64,000 nt of DNA from an uncultured delta proteobacterium (GTDB lineage: Bacteria > Myxococcota_A > Polyangia > Polyangiales > Polyangiaceae): contig CAVQUB010000020.1 in assembly GCA_963716725.1 (NCBI GenBank), positions 160,001-224,000 on the forward strand. The letters are read 5' to 3'. Below are positions 1 through 9,519 of the stretch, piece by piece (the stretch's first letter is position 1; every line of letters starts with the position of its first letter). The notes under the pieces were generated by a model. The model was not told the DNA's origin. It ran no database searches and saw only the letters and a program-made list of their open reading frames with translations. The translations under genes were made by a program, and so were the position numbers.

Positions 1-1107
1 GGCAACGGCATCGACGACAACTGCAACGGCTTGGCGGATCTCTTCGACAAGTCGGACACGCAGGACTGCGACGCTGCACTGACCAGCAACTCCTCGGATC
101 CAAAGGACTTCGCCAAGGCGCTCGGCGTCTGCCGCGCGACCGAAGAGACGCCCGCGAACAAGAAGGACAAGACCTGGGGCCTGATCGACGCGGAGCTGCT
201 CCGGGCCGACGGCTCGCCGATCGGCGACAAGAGGGCCCACAGCATCCGCCAGAAGTTCGGTGACAACATCACCGCCCTCGAAGGCAAGAGCATGGTCGTC
301 CTGTCCAGCGGCATCGCGGCCGACAAGACCCAGACCAACCCGGGCCCGAACGGCGGCACGACGGGCTCGAACGTTGCGACCAGTCACACGCCATCCTCGA
401 ACGTCAACATCGCGACCTGCACCAGCACCAAGTGCATCAAGGACTGGTACAGCGCGGCCAACGCTCCGCTCAAGGCGGCCAATCAGTTCCCCCAGGCTCC
501 GGCCTGCGGGACCGCCGGTGGCGGCACGGCGAACGACTCGGTCATGCTGCGGATCCGGCTGCGGGCACCGACCAACGCCCGGTCGTTCTCGTTCAACAGC
601 TACTTCTTCTCCTCGGAGTACCCGGAGTACGTGTGTTCGAGCTTCAACGACCAGTTCATCACGCTGGTGGACACGCCCAGCGGCACCCCGCAGCCGATCC
701 CGAACCCGGTCGACAAGAACTTGACGACCTACATCGACCTGGCGACCAACACCAAGTGGCCGGTGGGCATCAACATCGCCAAGGGCACCAACCTGTTCGC
801 GGTGTGTGATCCGAAGGTCGCGGTGACGGGCTCGCCTTGCTACGAGAGCGAAGTCAACGCGAAGTCGTGCTCGCTCGGCGTCACCGATCTGATGGGCACG
901 GGCTGGGAACCCGGAACCGGAGCGAACGCCTGCCCCGGCGGCGGCGGCACCTACTGGCTGACGGTCGCGGGCAACGTCATCCCTGGACAGATCGTGGAGG
1001 TCCGCTTCGCGATCTTCGACGTGGGTGACACCACCCTCGACTCTCTCGTGCTGCTCGACGGCTTCAAGTGGCTCCCGAACGCCACGCTGCCGGGCACCGG
1101 CGGCTGA
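1..1107 (+). CDS. Cys-rich choice-of-anchor L-like domain protein, 5'-partial; paralog of 51372..53531
   Basis: Frame is open from base 1 (GNGIDDNCNG motif). It shares RxPTNAxSFSxNSYFxSSEYPExVCSxFND, GGGTxWLxVxGNV and DSxVLLDxFxW with 51372..53531. Confidence 0.75.
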   Translation, partial: GNGIDDNCNGLADLFDKSDTQDCDAALTSNSSDPKDFAKALGVCRATEETPANKKDKTWGLIDAELLRADGSPIGDKRAHSIRQKFGDNITALEGKSMVVLSSGIAADKTQTNPGPNGGTTGSNVATSHTPSSNVNIATCTSTKCIKDWYSAANAPLKAANQFPQAPACGTAGGGTANDSVMLRIRLRAPTNARSFSFNSYFFSSEYPEYVCSSFNDQFITLVDTPSGTPQPIPNPVDKNLTTYIDLATNTKWPVGINIAKGTNLFAVCDPKVAVTGSPCYESEVNAKSCSLGVTDLMGTGWEPGTGANACPGGGGTYWLTVAGNVIPGQIVEVRFAIFDVGDTTLDSLVLLDGFKWLPNATLPGTGG

Positions 1108-1212
1108 GCCGGAGCTGAAACAAGGCTCTTCCTTGGGGAAGGGCAGCGATGGGCGCCTCTCGGGGCGCCCGTCGTCGTTTGTGCGCGCCGCGCTCTGGTC
1201 TATGGCCAGCGC

Positions 1213-2307
1213 ATGGGTCCAACCTACTGGGACTACCTCCAGCTCGACCGGCTCCTCGACCTCCAGGGCGGCGTCGAGGGCGACGAATCGAAGCTCGGCA
1301 CCGACGAGCTGCACTTCATCATCGTGCACCAGGCTTACGAGCTCTGGTTCAAGCTGGTGTTGCGAGAGCTCCGCACGGCTCGCGACGAGCTGGCAGCGCC
1401 GCGAGTGCCCGAAGAGAAGATCCCCCACGTCGTGCATCACCTGCGGCGCGTCACCGAGATCATGAAGCTCCTGGTCGATCAGTTTCGGGTGATGGAGACG
1501 CTCACCCCCCAGGACTTCCTGGCGTTTCGCGACAAACTGATCCCGGCCAGCGGCTTCCAGTCCTTCCAGCTGCGGGAGCTCGAGATCCTGCTCGGCCTCG
1601 ACGACGCCGAGCGCATCGCCTACGCGGGAGCCGATCCGCTCGAGCACATCCGCGCCCTGGCCCGGAGCTCGCCGGGAGGCCAGGCGGCCTGGGGCCGCAT
1701 CGAGAAGGCCCGCGCCGAGCCCACGCTTCGAAGCGCCCTTCACGACTGGCTGTACCGGACGCCGGTCCAAGGCTCACGGCCCGACGACGCGGGCGACGAC
1801 GCTTCGGTGAAGCAATTCGTGACTGATTACCACTCGGCCCTCGCGGGAGCGAATCGGGAGAAGACCCAGCACTTGCTCGCTGCCTTGGGCGGCGACGCGG
1901 AGGCCATCCAGGCGCGCATGCGCGAGGCGGAGGCTTCCGCCAAGCGCTTCTTGTTCGCCGAAGACGTGGCGGCTCCGGAACGCGCACGGGTCCTGCGCGT
2001 GCGCGCTGGGGTGCTGTTCATCGAGAGCTATCGGGAGCTGCCGCTGCTCGCGTGGCCGCGCCTGCTCATCGACTCGGTCGTCGAGCTCGAGGAGCAGCTG
2101 GTGATCTTCCGCTCGAGGCACGCGCGCATGGTGGAGCGCATCATCGGTCGCCGCGTCGGCACCGGGGGCTCGAGCGGCGTCGACTACCTGGACCAAACCG
2201 CGCGCTATCGCGTCTTCAGCGAGCTCTGGTCGGTGCGGACGCTGCTCCTGGCCAAAGAGCACCTGCCCGAGCTGCGACGCGCCGACAGCTACGGCTTCGC
2301 GACCTGA
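1213..2307 (+). CDS. kynA: Tryptophan 2,3-dioxygenase
   Basis: YWDYLQLDRLL, DELHFIIVHQAYELWFK, PASGFQSFQLRELE and GTGGSSGVDYL motifs. Confidence 0.93.
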   Translation: MGPTYWDYLQLDRLLDLQGGVEGDESKLGTDELHFIIVHQAYELWFKLVLRELRTARDELAAPRVPEEKIPHVVHHLRRVTEIMKLLVDQFRVMETLTPQDFLAFRDKLIPASGFQSFQLRELEILLGLDDAERIAYAGADPLEHIRALARSSPGGQAAWGRIEKARAEPTLRSALHDWLYRTPVQGSRPDDAGDDASVKQFVTDYHSALAGANREKTQHLLAALGGDAEAIQARMREAEASAKRFLFAEDVAAPERARVLRVRAGVLFIESYRELPLLAWPRLLIDSVVELEEQLVIFRSRHARMVERIIGRRVGTGGSSGVDYLDQTARYRVFSELWSVRTLLLAKEHLPELRRADSYGFAT

Positions 2308-2308
2308 C

Positions 2309-3286
2309 TCAGCGCTGCCGCTGGTTTAGGCGCTTGGTCTCTTTGGCGATCACCGCCGCGGCGCGCGCATAGCGCTTCTTCGGCGAGGGCACGCGACCCC
2401 GACCCGGCGCCTGCTCGTCCAGGGGCTCGTCAAAGCTGCCCGGCTCGTGCCCGAGCTCAAAGACCGTGACCTCGCGCCGGCCGCGCTCGCCGACTCGCAG
2501 CGGCATCACCGAGGCGCCGACGCCCGCGCCAACGTAGACCGCGCCCGCCCCCGCGCCCCCACCGTTGCGCGCGCCGTAGAGTCCATGCACGTACTTGTGC
2601 CCCGCCAGGCGTCCGATGGCGAGCTCGTGCAAGCGCGCGAGCGTCACTTGTCCCGCGTGAGTGTGACCCGAGAGCACGAGGGGAACACCGTGAGCCCAGA
2701 GCTTGTCCGCCTCTTCCGCGATGTGCGACAGCCCGATGGTCGGCACGTCGCGCGAGAGTCCACGCACCGCATCCGCGCGGGAAGCGTGCCCGGTATATGC
2801 GTCGTCGAGACCGACGACCTGGAGCCGCTGCCCGCGGAAGGTCAGTGTGGTGTTCTGGTTCGTGAGCACCTCGGCGCCGCCGCGCCGGAGCGCGTGACGG
2901 ACCTCAGCCGCGCCGGCCCAGTAGTCGTGGTTGCCGAGCACGCACAGCACGGGCGCAGCGAAGCGAGACACGAGCCACGACAGCTGGTCGAGATAGAGCT
3001 GGCTGTGACAGACGAAGTCCCCGGTGATCACCACTACGTCGGGCCGCTCGCGGTTCGTCAACTCCACCGCTGTCTCTTGCACCGCTTCCGGCGTCACTCG
3101 CCCCACGTGCAGATCGGTCAGGTGCACGATGCGCAGATGGGCCAAGGCACCGACATGAGCGCTCGGCCCCGCGAAACGGCGCACACGAAACTGCGCCGCC
3201 AGCCTCTGCGCGCGCGGCGACAGCGGACCGGTCGAAGGTCGGTGGGCGTCGGCGTGCAGCCCCAGTGGCGAGTGCGTTCGCGACAC
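2309..3286 (-). CDS. Calcineurin-like metallophosphoesterase
   Basis: DLH, TGD, GNHD and GHTH metal-binding motifs. Confidence 0.88.
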   Translation of the reverse strand: MSRTHSPLGLHADAHRPSTGPLSPRAQRLAAQFRVRRFAGPSAHVGALAHLRIVHLTDLHVGRVTPEAVQETAVELTNRERPDVVVITGDFVCHSQLYLDQLSWLVSRFAAPVLCVLGNHDYWAGAAEVRHALRRGGAEVLTNQNTTLTFRGQRLQVVGLDDAYTGHASRADAVRGLSRDVPTIGLSHIAEEADKLWAHGVPLVLSGHTHAGQVTLARLHELAIGRLAGHKYVHGLYGARNGGGAGAGAVYVGAGVGASVMPLRVGERGRREVTVFELGHEPGSFDEPLDEQAPGRGRVPSPKKRYARAAAVIAKETKRLNQRQR

Positions 3287-3338
3287 GGAACCGCCATCGT
3301 AGCCCGCCGGGGCGGGCTCGCGAGCGCTGAATTTGCGA

Positions 3339-3632
3339 TCAGAACCTGCCGCGAACGATCAGCTCTGCGCCGCCCGGTCGACGATAGGCCCGCACCTGCG
3401 ACCACATGCGCTCCACCGCCAGGCTGAGCTCTTGCCCGGGTTCCGGCGCTTCTTTCCGGGCCACGCTAGCTCTGCCCAGCTCGAGCTCGGCGCCCTTGAC
3501 GCGCCATCCATCGAGCAGCGTGACCTCGAGCGCCGAAGCGGCACGGGCGGATGTCGACCGGGGCTCGGCCTGCGCCGGGCGGGCAGCCGCGGTGCCGAGC
3601 ACCGCTACCATGATCACCAACCCGAGCCGCAT
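3339..3632 (-). CDS. Small secreted hypothetical protein
   Basis: Signal peptide ending AQA; C-terminus ELIVRGRF. Confidence 0.5.
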   Translation of the reverse strand: MRLGLVIMVAVLGTAAARPAQAEPRSTSARAASALEVTLLDGWRVKGAELELGRASVARKEAPEPGQELSLAVERMWSQVRAYRRPGGAELIVRGRF

Positions 3633-3771
3633 GTCTCAGCATGGTGCAGACACTGTGCCAGCCACCGGTGCGCAGCCCGCGCTGCGATTTCACGGCTTCG
3701 TTGGGGCGCCCGGCTCCTCGGTCGCTGCTGACCGCATGCTACAGCTGATGCCCCGAGCCCTCAGCTCGCGG

Positions 3772-4275
3772 CTACTTGCCGAGCTTGCCGCTGATGTCGG
3801 ACCCGAGCTTGTCGAGGTCGTCCATCTTCTTCTTCTCCGCACCCGACGGGACCTTCGGCTTCGGGGGCTCGTCGGCCTTGGCAACGGGGGCAGGGTCGCC
3901 GCCTCCGCCCGCCGGCGCAGGGCCTCCTCCACCGGTCGGCTTCGCAGCCTCGGCCGCCTTCGTCGCCGCTTCAGTTGCCTGCTTCTTGGCGTCTTCTTCC
4001 GCCTGCTTCGAGGCCACCGCTTGCAGGCTCTTGCGCGTGATCTCGATGTGACGTTTGCGGTCTTCAGCTGACATGCCCGCGAAGGGGTCGTCGACGCTGG
4101 AGACCACTGCCGCGGCCTGCTTGGGCTTGCCGCCCATGCTCTTGATGGCGACGACGCCTCCGACCAGAACGACCGCTCCAATGATCCCAAACAGGACCAA
4201 GGGATTGGACTTCTTCATCGGGATGGTGTCGACAGACGCTTCCGCTGCTTTGGAACTCGGGTTCGGGGAGGCCAT
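3772..4275 (-). CDS. Single-pass membrane hypothetical protein with Ala/Pro/Lys-rich tail
   Basis: ATG at 4275; TM segment LVLFGIIGAVVLVGGVVAI; typical codon usage. Confidence 0.7.
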   Translation of the reverse strand: MASPNPSSKAAEASVDTIPMKKSNPLVLFGIIGAVVLVGGVVAIKSMGGKPKQAAAVVSSVDDPFAGMSAEDRKRHIEITRKSLQAVASKQAEEDAKKQATEAATKAAEAAKPTGGGGPAPAGGGGDPAPVAKADEPPKPKVPSGAEKKKMDDLDKLGSDISGKLGK

Positions 4276-4385
4276 GGGCTCCTGAAGAGTACGTGGCGGA
4301 GCGCGATCGGTCCAGCTCCCGCGTGCGCTTTGCGGCGCCCCGAAGGGCTGGCGCAAAGCCCCGAATTATCTGCGCTTACACCGCC

Positions 4386-6128
4386 TCACACGTTGTCCCA
4401 GCTGAACTTTTCGGCGTCGAAGGCGTGCTCCGCCAGGCCCTTGAGCAATTCGTCGTCGTTGATGTCGATCAAGCTGAACGCCTGCTTGACTCGTCGTTCG
4501 ACCTGGCCGCTGAACACCTTGAGAATGTCCATCTCCTTGGCTGCCTTCTCGGGCCCGAGCGCCGCCAGTGCGGCGTTGACCCGGGCGATCACACACGCCA
4601 GCACGAACAAGTCGATCATGATGTTGGCGAGGCGCCGCGCCGCGAGCTGCTTGCCGATGATGTCGCGGCCATGTTTGCGCAAGATCCGATCGACGGCCGC
4701 GGCCAGGTGCCGGGTCAGGCCTTCGAATATCGTCGTTGCCTCGTGCAGCTCCGGGCTGACCAGCGTGAAGCGGCTCCGCGCGCGACGAATGCCAGTCACC
4801 AGGCTGGCCTGCTTCATGGCGTATTGGCGCAGCACACCGAAACCCTTGATGGGATCGTCGAAAATGCCGCGCACGCTCGACGAAAGCTCCTTGAGCTGGC
4901 TGCCGACGTCGTTCATCGCCGTGAGCGCGATGAACAGCCGCAGGATCTCGTTGGTGCCCTCGAAGATGCGGTTGATGCGCGCGTCTCGCATCATTCGCTC
5001 GTAGGGGTACTCGCACATGTAGCCGTTGCCACCGGCGATCTGCAGCGCTTCGTCGGCTGTGCGCCACAGCGCTTCGCTGGCAAACACCTTGCTGATGGCG
5101 GCCTCGACCGCGTAGTCCTCGTAGCCGCTGTCGATCAGCTCGGCGACCATGTCGACGGCCGCCTCGGTCGCGTAGCAATCGATGACCATCTGCCCGACTT
5201 TGTGCTTGATCATTCCGTACTCGCGGATTGATTTACCGAAGGTCTTGCGTTCGTTGGCGTACTTGGTGCACTGCGCGATCAGCTTCTTCATCGCGCCGAT
5301 CGTGCCGCCGCCCAGCCCGGTTCGGCCGTTGTTCAAGATGGCCATGGCGATCTTGAAGCCCTTGTTCTCCTCGCCAAGCATGTTGGCGTGCGGGACGCGC
5401 ACCTCGTCGAAATGCACCGTGGTGGTGGAGCTGGCACGAAGCCCCATCTTGTCTTCGTGGGGACCCACGCTCACCCCGGGCATGTCGCGCGTCACGATGA
5501 ACGCCGTGATGTGGGGCTTGCCCTCGAGCTCGCCGGTGCGCGCGAAGACCGTGAAGAAGTCGGCGATGCCGCCGTTGGTGATCCACAGCTTGTTGCCGTT
5601 CAGCACCCACTCGTCGCCCTCTCGCACGGCGCGGGTCTTGAGTGCCGCGGCGTCCGATCCGGCGCCCGCCTCGGTCAGGGCGAAGGCCGCGATCATCTCG
5701 CCAGTCGCCAGCTTGGGCAAGAAGCGTTGCTTCTGCTCGTCCGTTCCGAAGAGCAGCAGCCCCCGCATGCCGATGGAGCTGTGCGCGCCGATGGTCACGG
5801 CGACGGAAGCGTCGTATTTGGCGACCTCTTGCAGCGTGCGCGCGTAGGCGGCGCTCTTGAAGCCGAGCCCGCCGAAGGCCTCGGGCACGACCAGACCGAA
5901 GAGGCCGAACTGCCTCAGCTCTTCCACGAACTCGGGAGGCATTTCTCCCGCACGGTCCCATTTGCGAAAGTCAGCGTCGCGCGAGCCAAGCAGTTGTTTG
6001 ACGGAGTCGATGACCCCGTGCAGGGTCTCCTTCTGCTCCGGAGCCATGACGGGGTATGGGATCAGGACCTGCTCTTCGATGTTGCCCATGCACAGGGACC
6101 TCATGAAGCTGACGCTGGTGTCGACCAT
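4386..6128 (-). CDS. Acyl-CoA dehydrogenase, VLCAD/ACAD9-like with C-terminal extension
   Basis: FALTEAGAGSD, KLWITNG, GGNGYM and RIFEGTNEILR motifs; 580 aa. Confidence 0.92.
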   Translation of the reverse strand: MVDTSVSFMRSLCMGNIEEQVLIPYPVMAPEQKETLHGVIDSVKQLLGSRDADFRKWDRAGEMPPEFVEELRQFGLFGLVVPEAFGGLGFKSAAYARTLQEVAKYDASVAVTIGAHSSIGMRGLLLFGTDEQKQRFLPKLATGEMIAAFALTEAGAGSDAAALKTRAVREGDEWVLNGNKLWITNGGIADFFTVFARTGELEGKPHITAFIVTRDMPGVSVGPHEDKMGLRASSTTTVHFDEVRVPHANMLGEENKGFKIAMAILNNGRTGLGGGTIGAMKKLIAQCTKYANERKTFGKSIREYGMIKHKVGQMVIDCYATEAAVDMVAELIDSGYEDYAVEAAISKVFASEALWRTADEALQIAGGNGYMCEYPYERMMRDARINRIFEGTNEILRLFIALTAMNDVGSQLKELSSSVRGIFDDPIKGFGVLRQYAMKQASLVTGIRRARSRFTLVSPELHEATTIFEGLTRHLAAAVDRILRKHGRDIIGKQLAARRLANIMIDLFVLACVIARVNAALAALGPEKAAKEMDILKVFSGQVERRVKQAFSLIDINDDELLKGLAEHAFDAEKFSWDNV

Positions 6129-6244
6129 GGCGATCGACTACCCCAGCCTTGGCACGTCGGCGACCCTTTTGGCTCGGCGCGCGAGAGCCGCTGTCGCGAC
6201 GCACATTTGCGAGTCGCTTCCGGAAGCCTAGAGTTCGCCCCCCG

Positions 6245-7198
6245 ATGCTCGACCACCCTGCTCACGCGCTGCCCGCGCTGGTTCTTGGCCTGCTCGTCTC
6301 GTCGCTGCTGGCGCCGAGTTGCAAGGCGAGCCAGGCCTCCGCCGACGCCGGCGCGTCCGCGACCGGCAGCGCGCCGGAGCCGCCAGCCCCGCTGGCGTCG
6401 GCCGCGACCGACTCTGGCGCTGCCGGTCCGCTCGACGGCGGAGCTGCGGCGGAGGACGCGGCGCCCAGGGCGCGGACCGACGGTTGCGGCGAGGGCATGG
6501 TCCGCGTCGAGGGCGACTACTGCCCTGCCGTGATGCAAAACTGCCAGGAGCACCATTCGGAGTACAAGGCGCGCAAGGGCGAGAAGACCGTCAGCGAGCG
6601 CTGCCTCGTGTACAAGCAGCCGTCGACCTGCGTCTCAAAGGAGCGCAAGCAGCTGTCGTTCTGCATGGATCGCTACGAGTGGCCGAACAAAGTCGGCGAG
6701 CTCCCCCGCGTGCTCACCTCGTGGCTGGAGGCCAAGGCGCTCTGCGAAAAGGCCGGCAAGCGGCTCTGCACCGAGGACGAATTCAATTTCGCCTGCGAGG
6801 GCCCGGAGATGCTGCCCTACGCCACGGGCTACGTCCGCGATCCCAAGAAGTGCAACATCGACAAGCCCTACGTTCAGCCCGATCAGTCGCGACAGATGGC
6901 GACCTACGACAAGTGTCCCGACAACGAGTTCTGCCGCACGGAGCTGGCGCGCCTCGACCAACGCCACGCGATCGGGGCCCGTGAGACCTGCGTGTCGTGG
7001 GCGGGCGTGGTGGACATCAACGGCAACGTCAACGAGTGGGTCGAGCTGCCCGGCGAGAAGCACCCGAACCGCAGCGGCTTGAAGGGCGGCTGGTGGGGTC
7101 CGGTCCGCAATCGGTGCCGGCCCACGGTGACCTTCCACAAAGAGTTCGACTACGGCTACGAAGCCGGGCTGCGCTGCTGCACGGACGCGGGCAAGTAG
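6245..7198 (+). CDS. Exported SUMF1/FGE-sulfatase (C-type-lectin fold) domain protein
   Basis: FCMDRYEWPN, GKRLCTEDEF, DINGNVNEW and GLRCC motifs; hydrophobic N-terminus with Cys. Confidence 0.8.
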   Translation: MLDHPAHALPALVLGLLVSSLLAPSCKASQASADAGASATGSAPEPPAPLASAATDSGAAGPLDGGAAAEDAAPRARTDGCGEGMVRVEGDYCPAVMQNCQEHHSEYKARKGEKTVSERCLVYKQPSTCVSKERKQLSFCMDRYEWPNKVGELPRVLTSWLEAKALCEKAGKRLCTEDEFNFACEGPEMLPYATGYVRDPKKCNIDKPYVQPDQSRQMATYDKCPDNEFCRTELARLDQRHAIGARETCVSWAGVVDINGNVNEWVELPGEKHPNRSGLKGGWWGPVRNRCRPTVTFHKEFDYGYEAGLRCCTDAGK

Positions 7199-7208
7199 CC
7201 CGCGGCCA

Positions 7209-8492
7209 TCACTGCGGGCGCCCCTGGGCGACCCAACTCTCGACGATCTGCACCTGTAGCGCGGTCAGTGCCGGTAGCCCCAGGGGCATGCCTCGCGCTT
7301 CGGGATCGATCTGCCCCGCCTCTTCCTTCTGGCGAGCCAGGAGCGCGGCGACCAGGAGTGGCGTGCCGTCTTTGGTCTTGGAAAAAACGCTCATGCGCTC
7401 GCCCTTGAGATCCAAGAGCCCGCCGTTGGTGCTCTCGTAAGTCGAGAAGTCGAGCTTGCGTGGCATGAAGCCGAACCCGCCGGTCATGCCCGGACCGCCG
7501 TCACCGCGGGCGATGTCCGGGTTCGTGTGACAGTGGCGGCAGGTCTTCTGCAGTACCTCCCGGTCCACGTCTTCGAAGGTCACCTTTCGCTCGACCACGG
7601 GCAGGCGCTGCGGAATCGGCTTTCGCGGCGGCGGCTCGAGCTTCGCGCCGAGCAGATACGCGGCGGCGTCCTTGGCTTCCTTCTCGCTCAGACCCAGCTT
7701 CGGCATCAGGGTGCCGGGCCTGACCTGCGGGGGATCGAGGAGCCAGCGCGTGAGCTTCGCAAAAGTCGTCCGATCGCGCGTGTACCGAAGATCGGGCGCC
7801 AGCTCGATGGCGTCGTTGCCCTTCTGCCACGGCGTCGTCAGGGTCGGCTTCACCGGCAGCTCCGGCACACCCGAGAACAGGTGGCAGGTGCCGCAGGCCT
7901 TGGTCTCGAGCACCTGACGGCCGGCAATCGGATCGCCGCTCACCGGCTCCGCCGCCGTCTTGGCATCTCGGGTCAGGTAGGCCGCTACGTCCGCCGCCTG
8001 CTGCGCGTCGATCCGCAGCCGCGGCATGGTCGACACCATGTTTGGGCGATGCTTCTCGGGCTTCAACAGAAACGCCTGGATGAACCCAGGGTCGAGGCGC
8101 TCGCCCGCGCGATCGAGGTTCGGCGCGTTGAGGTAGTGGACGACGGTCTTCTTCCACTTGGCGATCTTGTCGGGCTTCGCCTTGAACTTGTCGGTCCAGA
8201 TCTCTTGATGACAGGTGATGCAGTGTTTCTCGAGAGGAGAGGCCGCGAGTCCGGTGCCGTCGTGACAGCGGCTACACTCGAACTTCTCGACCAGCGCCTT
8301 GCCTCGCTCCGAATCACCGGCCAGCGCAGGCGCTTTCTTCTCGGTGGCCGGGCCCACTTGGGCGACGGGGGCCGCGGATCCATCGGGAGCCGCGCTCGAC
8401 AGCGCCTCCGGCTTCGCCCCACTGCTGGTCTGCTTGCAGCCGGCGCCGAAAGCGAGCCCAAACGCCAGCGCGAGGATCAGAGGACGGGTCAT
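7209..8492 (-). CDS. Tetraheme c-type cytochrome lipoprotein
   Basis: Four CXXCH motifs (CSRCH, CITCH, CGTCH, CRHCH); lipobox FGAGC. Confidence 0.85.
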   Translation of the reverse strand: MTRPLILALAFGLAFGAGCKQTSSGAKPEALSSAAPDGSAAPVAQVGPATEKKAPALAGDSERGKALVEKFECSRCHDGTGLAASPLEKHCITCHQEIWTDKFKAKPDKIAKWKKTVVHYLNAPNLDRAGERLDPGFIQAFLLKPEKHRPNMVSTMPRLRIDAQQAADVAAYLTRDAKTAAEPVSGDPIAGRQVLETKACGTCHLFSGVPELPVKPTLTTPWQKGNDAIELAPDLRYTRDRTTFAKLTRWLLDPPQVRPGTLMPKLGLSEKEAKDAAAYLLGAKLEPPPRKPIPQRLPVVERKVTFEDVDREVLQKTCRHCHTNPDIARGDGGPGMTGGFGFMPRKLDFSTYESTNGGLLDLKGERMSVFSKTKDGTPLLVAALLARQKEEAGQIDPEARGMPLGLPALTALQVQIVESWVAQGRPQ

Positions 8493-8536
8493 CGGACCTC
8501 CGAGTCAACTCCCGCTGGCGTCGAGCTTCAAGTCAC

Positions 8537-9202
8537 TCACGCCGACGCGCGGCAGACGGTCGCCGACTTGGCCATGGACTCGCAGCGCTTCTGGGCCACC
8601 TTCTGGCCCGCGCTGTCCCCGGCTGCGCTGCGCAGATCAGCCAGCGTCGCGTAGCCCTCGGGGGTCGAGATGAGATCCTTCTTCGCGAGCTTCTCGAGGA
8701 GCTCCTTGGCTTCGCCGCGGTGCTTCTCGACCTTGGCCAGCGCCTCGGCCAGATCGCTCTGAACCGCCGCGTCGTCCTTCTTGATGTCGCTGAGCTTACG
8801 GAGCGCCGCGACGGACCACTCGAGGTTGGTCGCCTGGTCCTTGGAGCTCTTGCCAATCCAGGTGCCCTGGGCGTAGGACGGGAGTTCCTTGGCGATGGGC
8901 AGCGCGCCGTTGTTGCGCGCGACCGCGAGCGCCAAGATGCGCTGCGCGCGGGCGACCAGGGTTCCATCCTTCTTCGCCTTGAGGTCCTTTACGTGGGGCA
9001 TCATGCGGATGATCATCGCGGCTGCCGCGGCGTGCTCGCCCTTCTTCAAGACCTTCTCGGCGCGAGCGATGCCTTCCGGGCGATGGTCGATCTCGACCGC
9101 GGGCACCCACTCACCACCGCAGGCCTTCGCGTCGCTCGCCACCGAGCCCACCGCCGCGAACGCCGAAACCGCCACCATCACCATTGCACCGAGCTTCTTC
9201 AT
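8537..9202 (-). CDS. Secreted helical (TPR-like) hypothetical protein
   Basis: GGAGG RBS before ATG 9202; signal peptide ending AKA; helical repeat pattern. Confidence 0.7.
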   Translation of the reverse strand: MKKLGAMVMVAVSAFAAVGSVASDAKACGGEWVPAVEIDHRPEGIARAEKVLKKGEHAAAAAMIIRMMPHVKDLKAKKDGTLVARAQRILALAVARNNGALPIAKELPSYAQGTWIGKSSKDQATNLEWSVAALRKLSDIKKDDAAVQSDLAEALAKVEKHRGEAKELLEKLAKKDLISTPEGYATLADLRSAAGDSAGQKVAQKRCESMAKSATVCRASA

Positions 9203-9519
9203 GACCCTTTTTCCTCCTACGACCGTTTTGAACCGACTGGGGCTAGCCACGCTGCGTCGCGCCGAGCCCTCGAACTGTGACCGCTTGTTTCTCTGAAGGT
9301 TCCCTCAGCAAATGCCGGACCAACCTGGGAACGTAGAACTTGGGGGGATCTTTCACCCGCTGCGTGGGAGGGTGCCCACACCCCGTGTGTCGCTCCGAGG
9401 TCGCTCGGTCCGACGTGCCGACGGCCAGGAAGCTTGGGTCGACCTTTGGCGTAGGAGGCGCACCGCCCGGCCGAAAAACCCTTCCCGTCCGCGGGGGTCG
9501 CTCGTAAAAGGGGGCCGCC

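Noticed and set aside
9250..9519. Riboswitch/ncRNA, or a GGGTGTGGG/CCCACACCC-like repeat family (also near 46805, 51270, 63525)
   Set aside because: Similarities are short and inconsistent in GC-rich DNA, and no recognisable RNA family is present.
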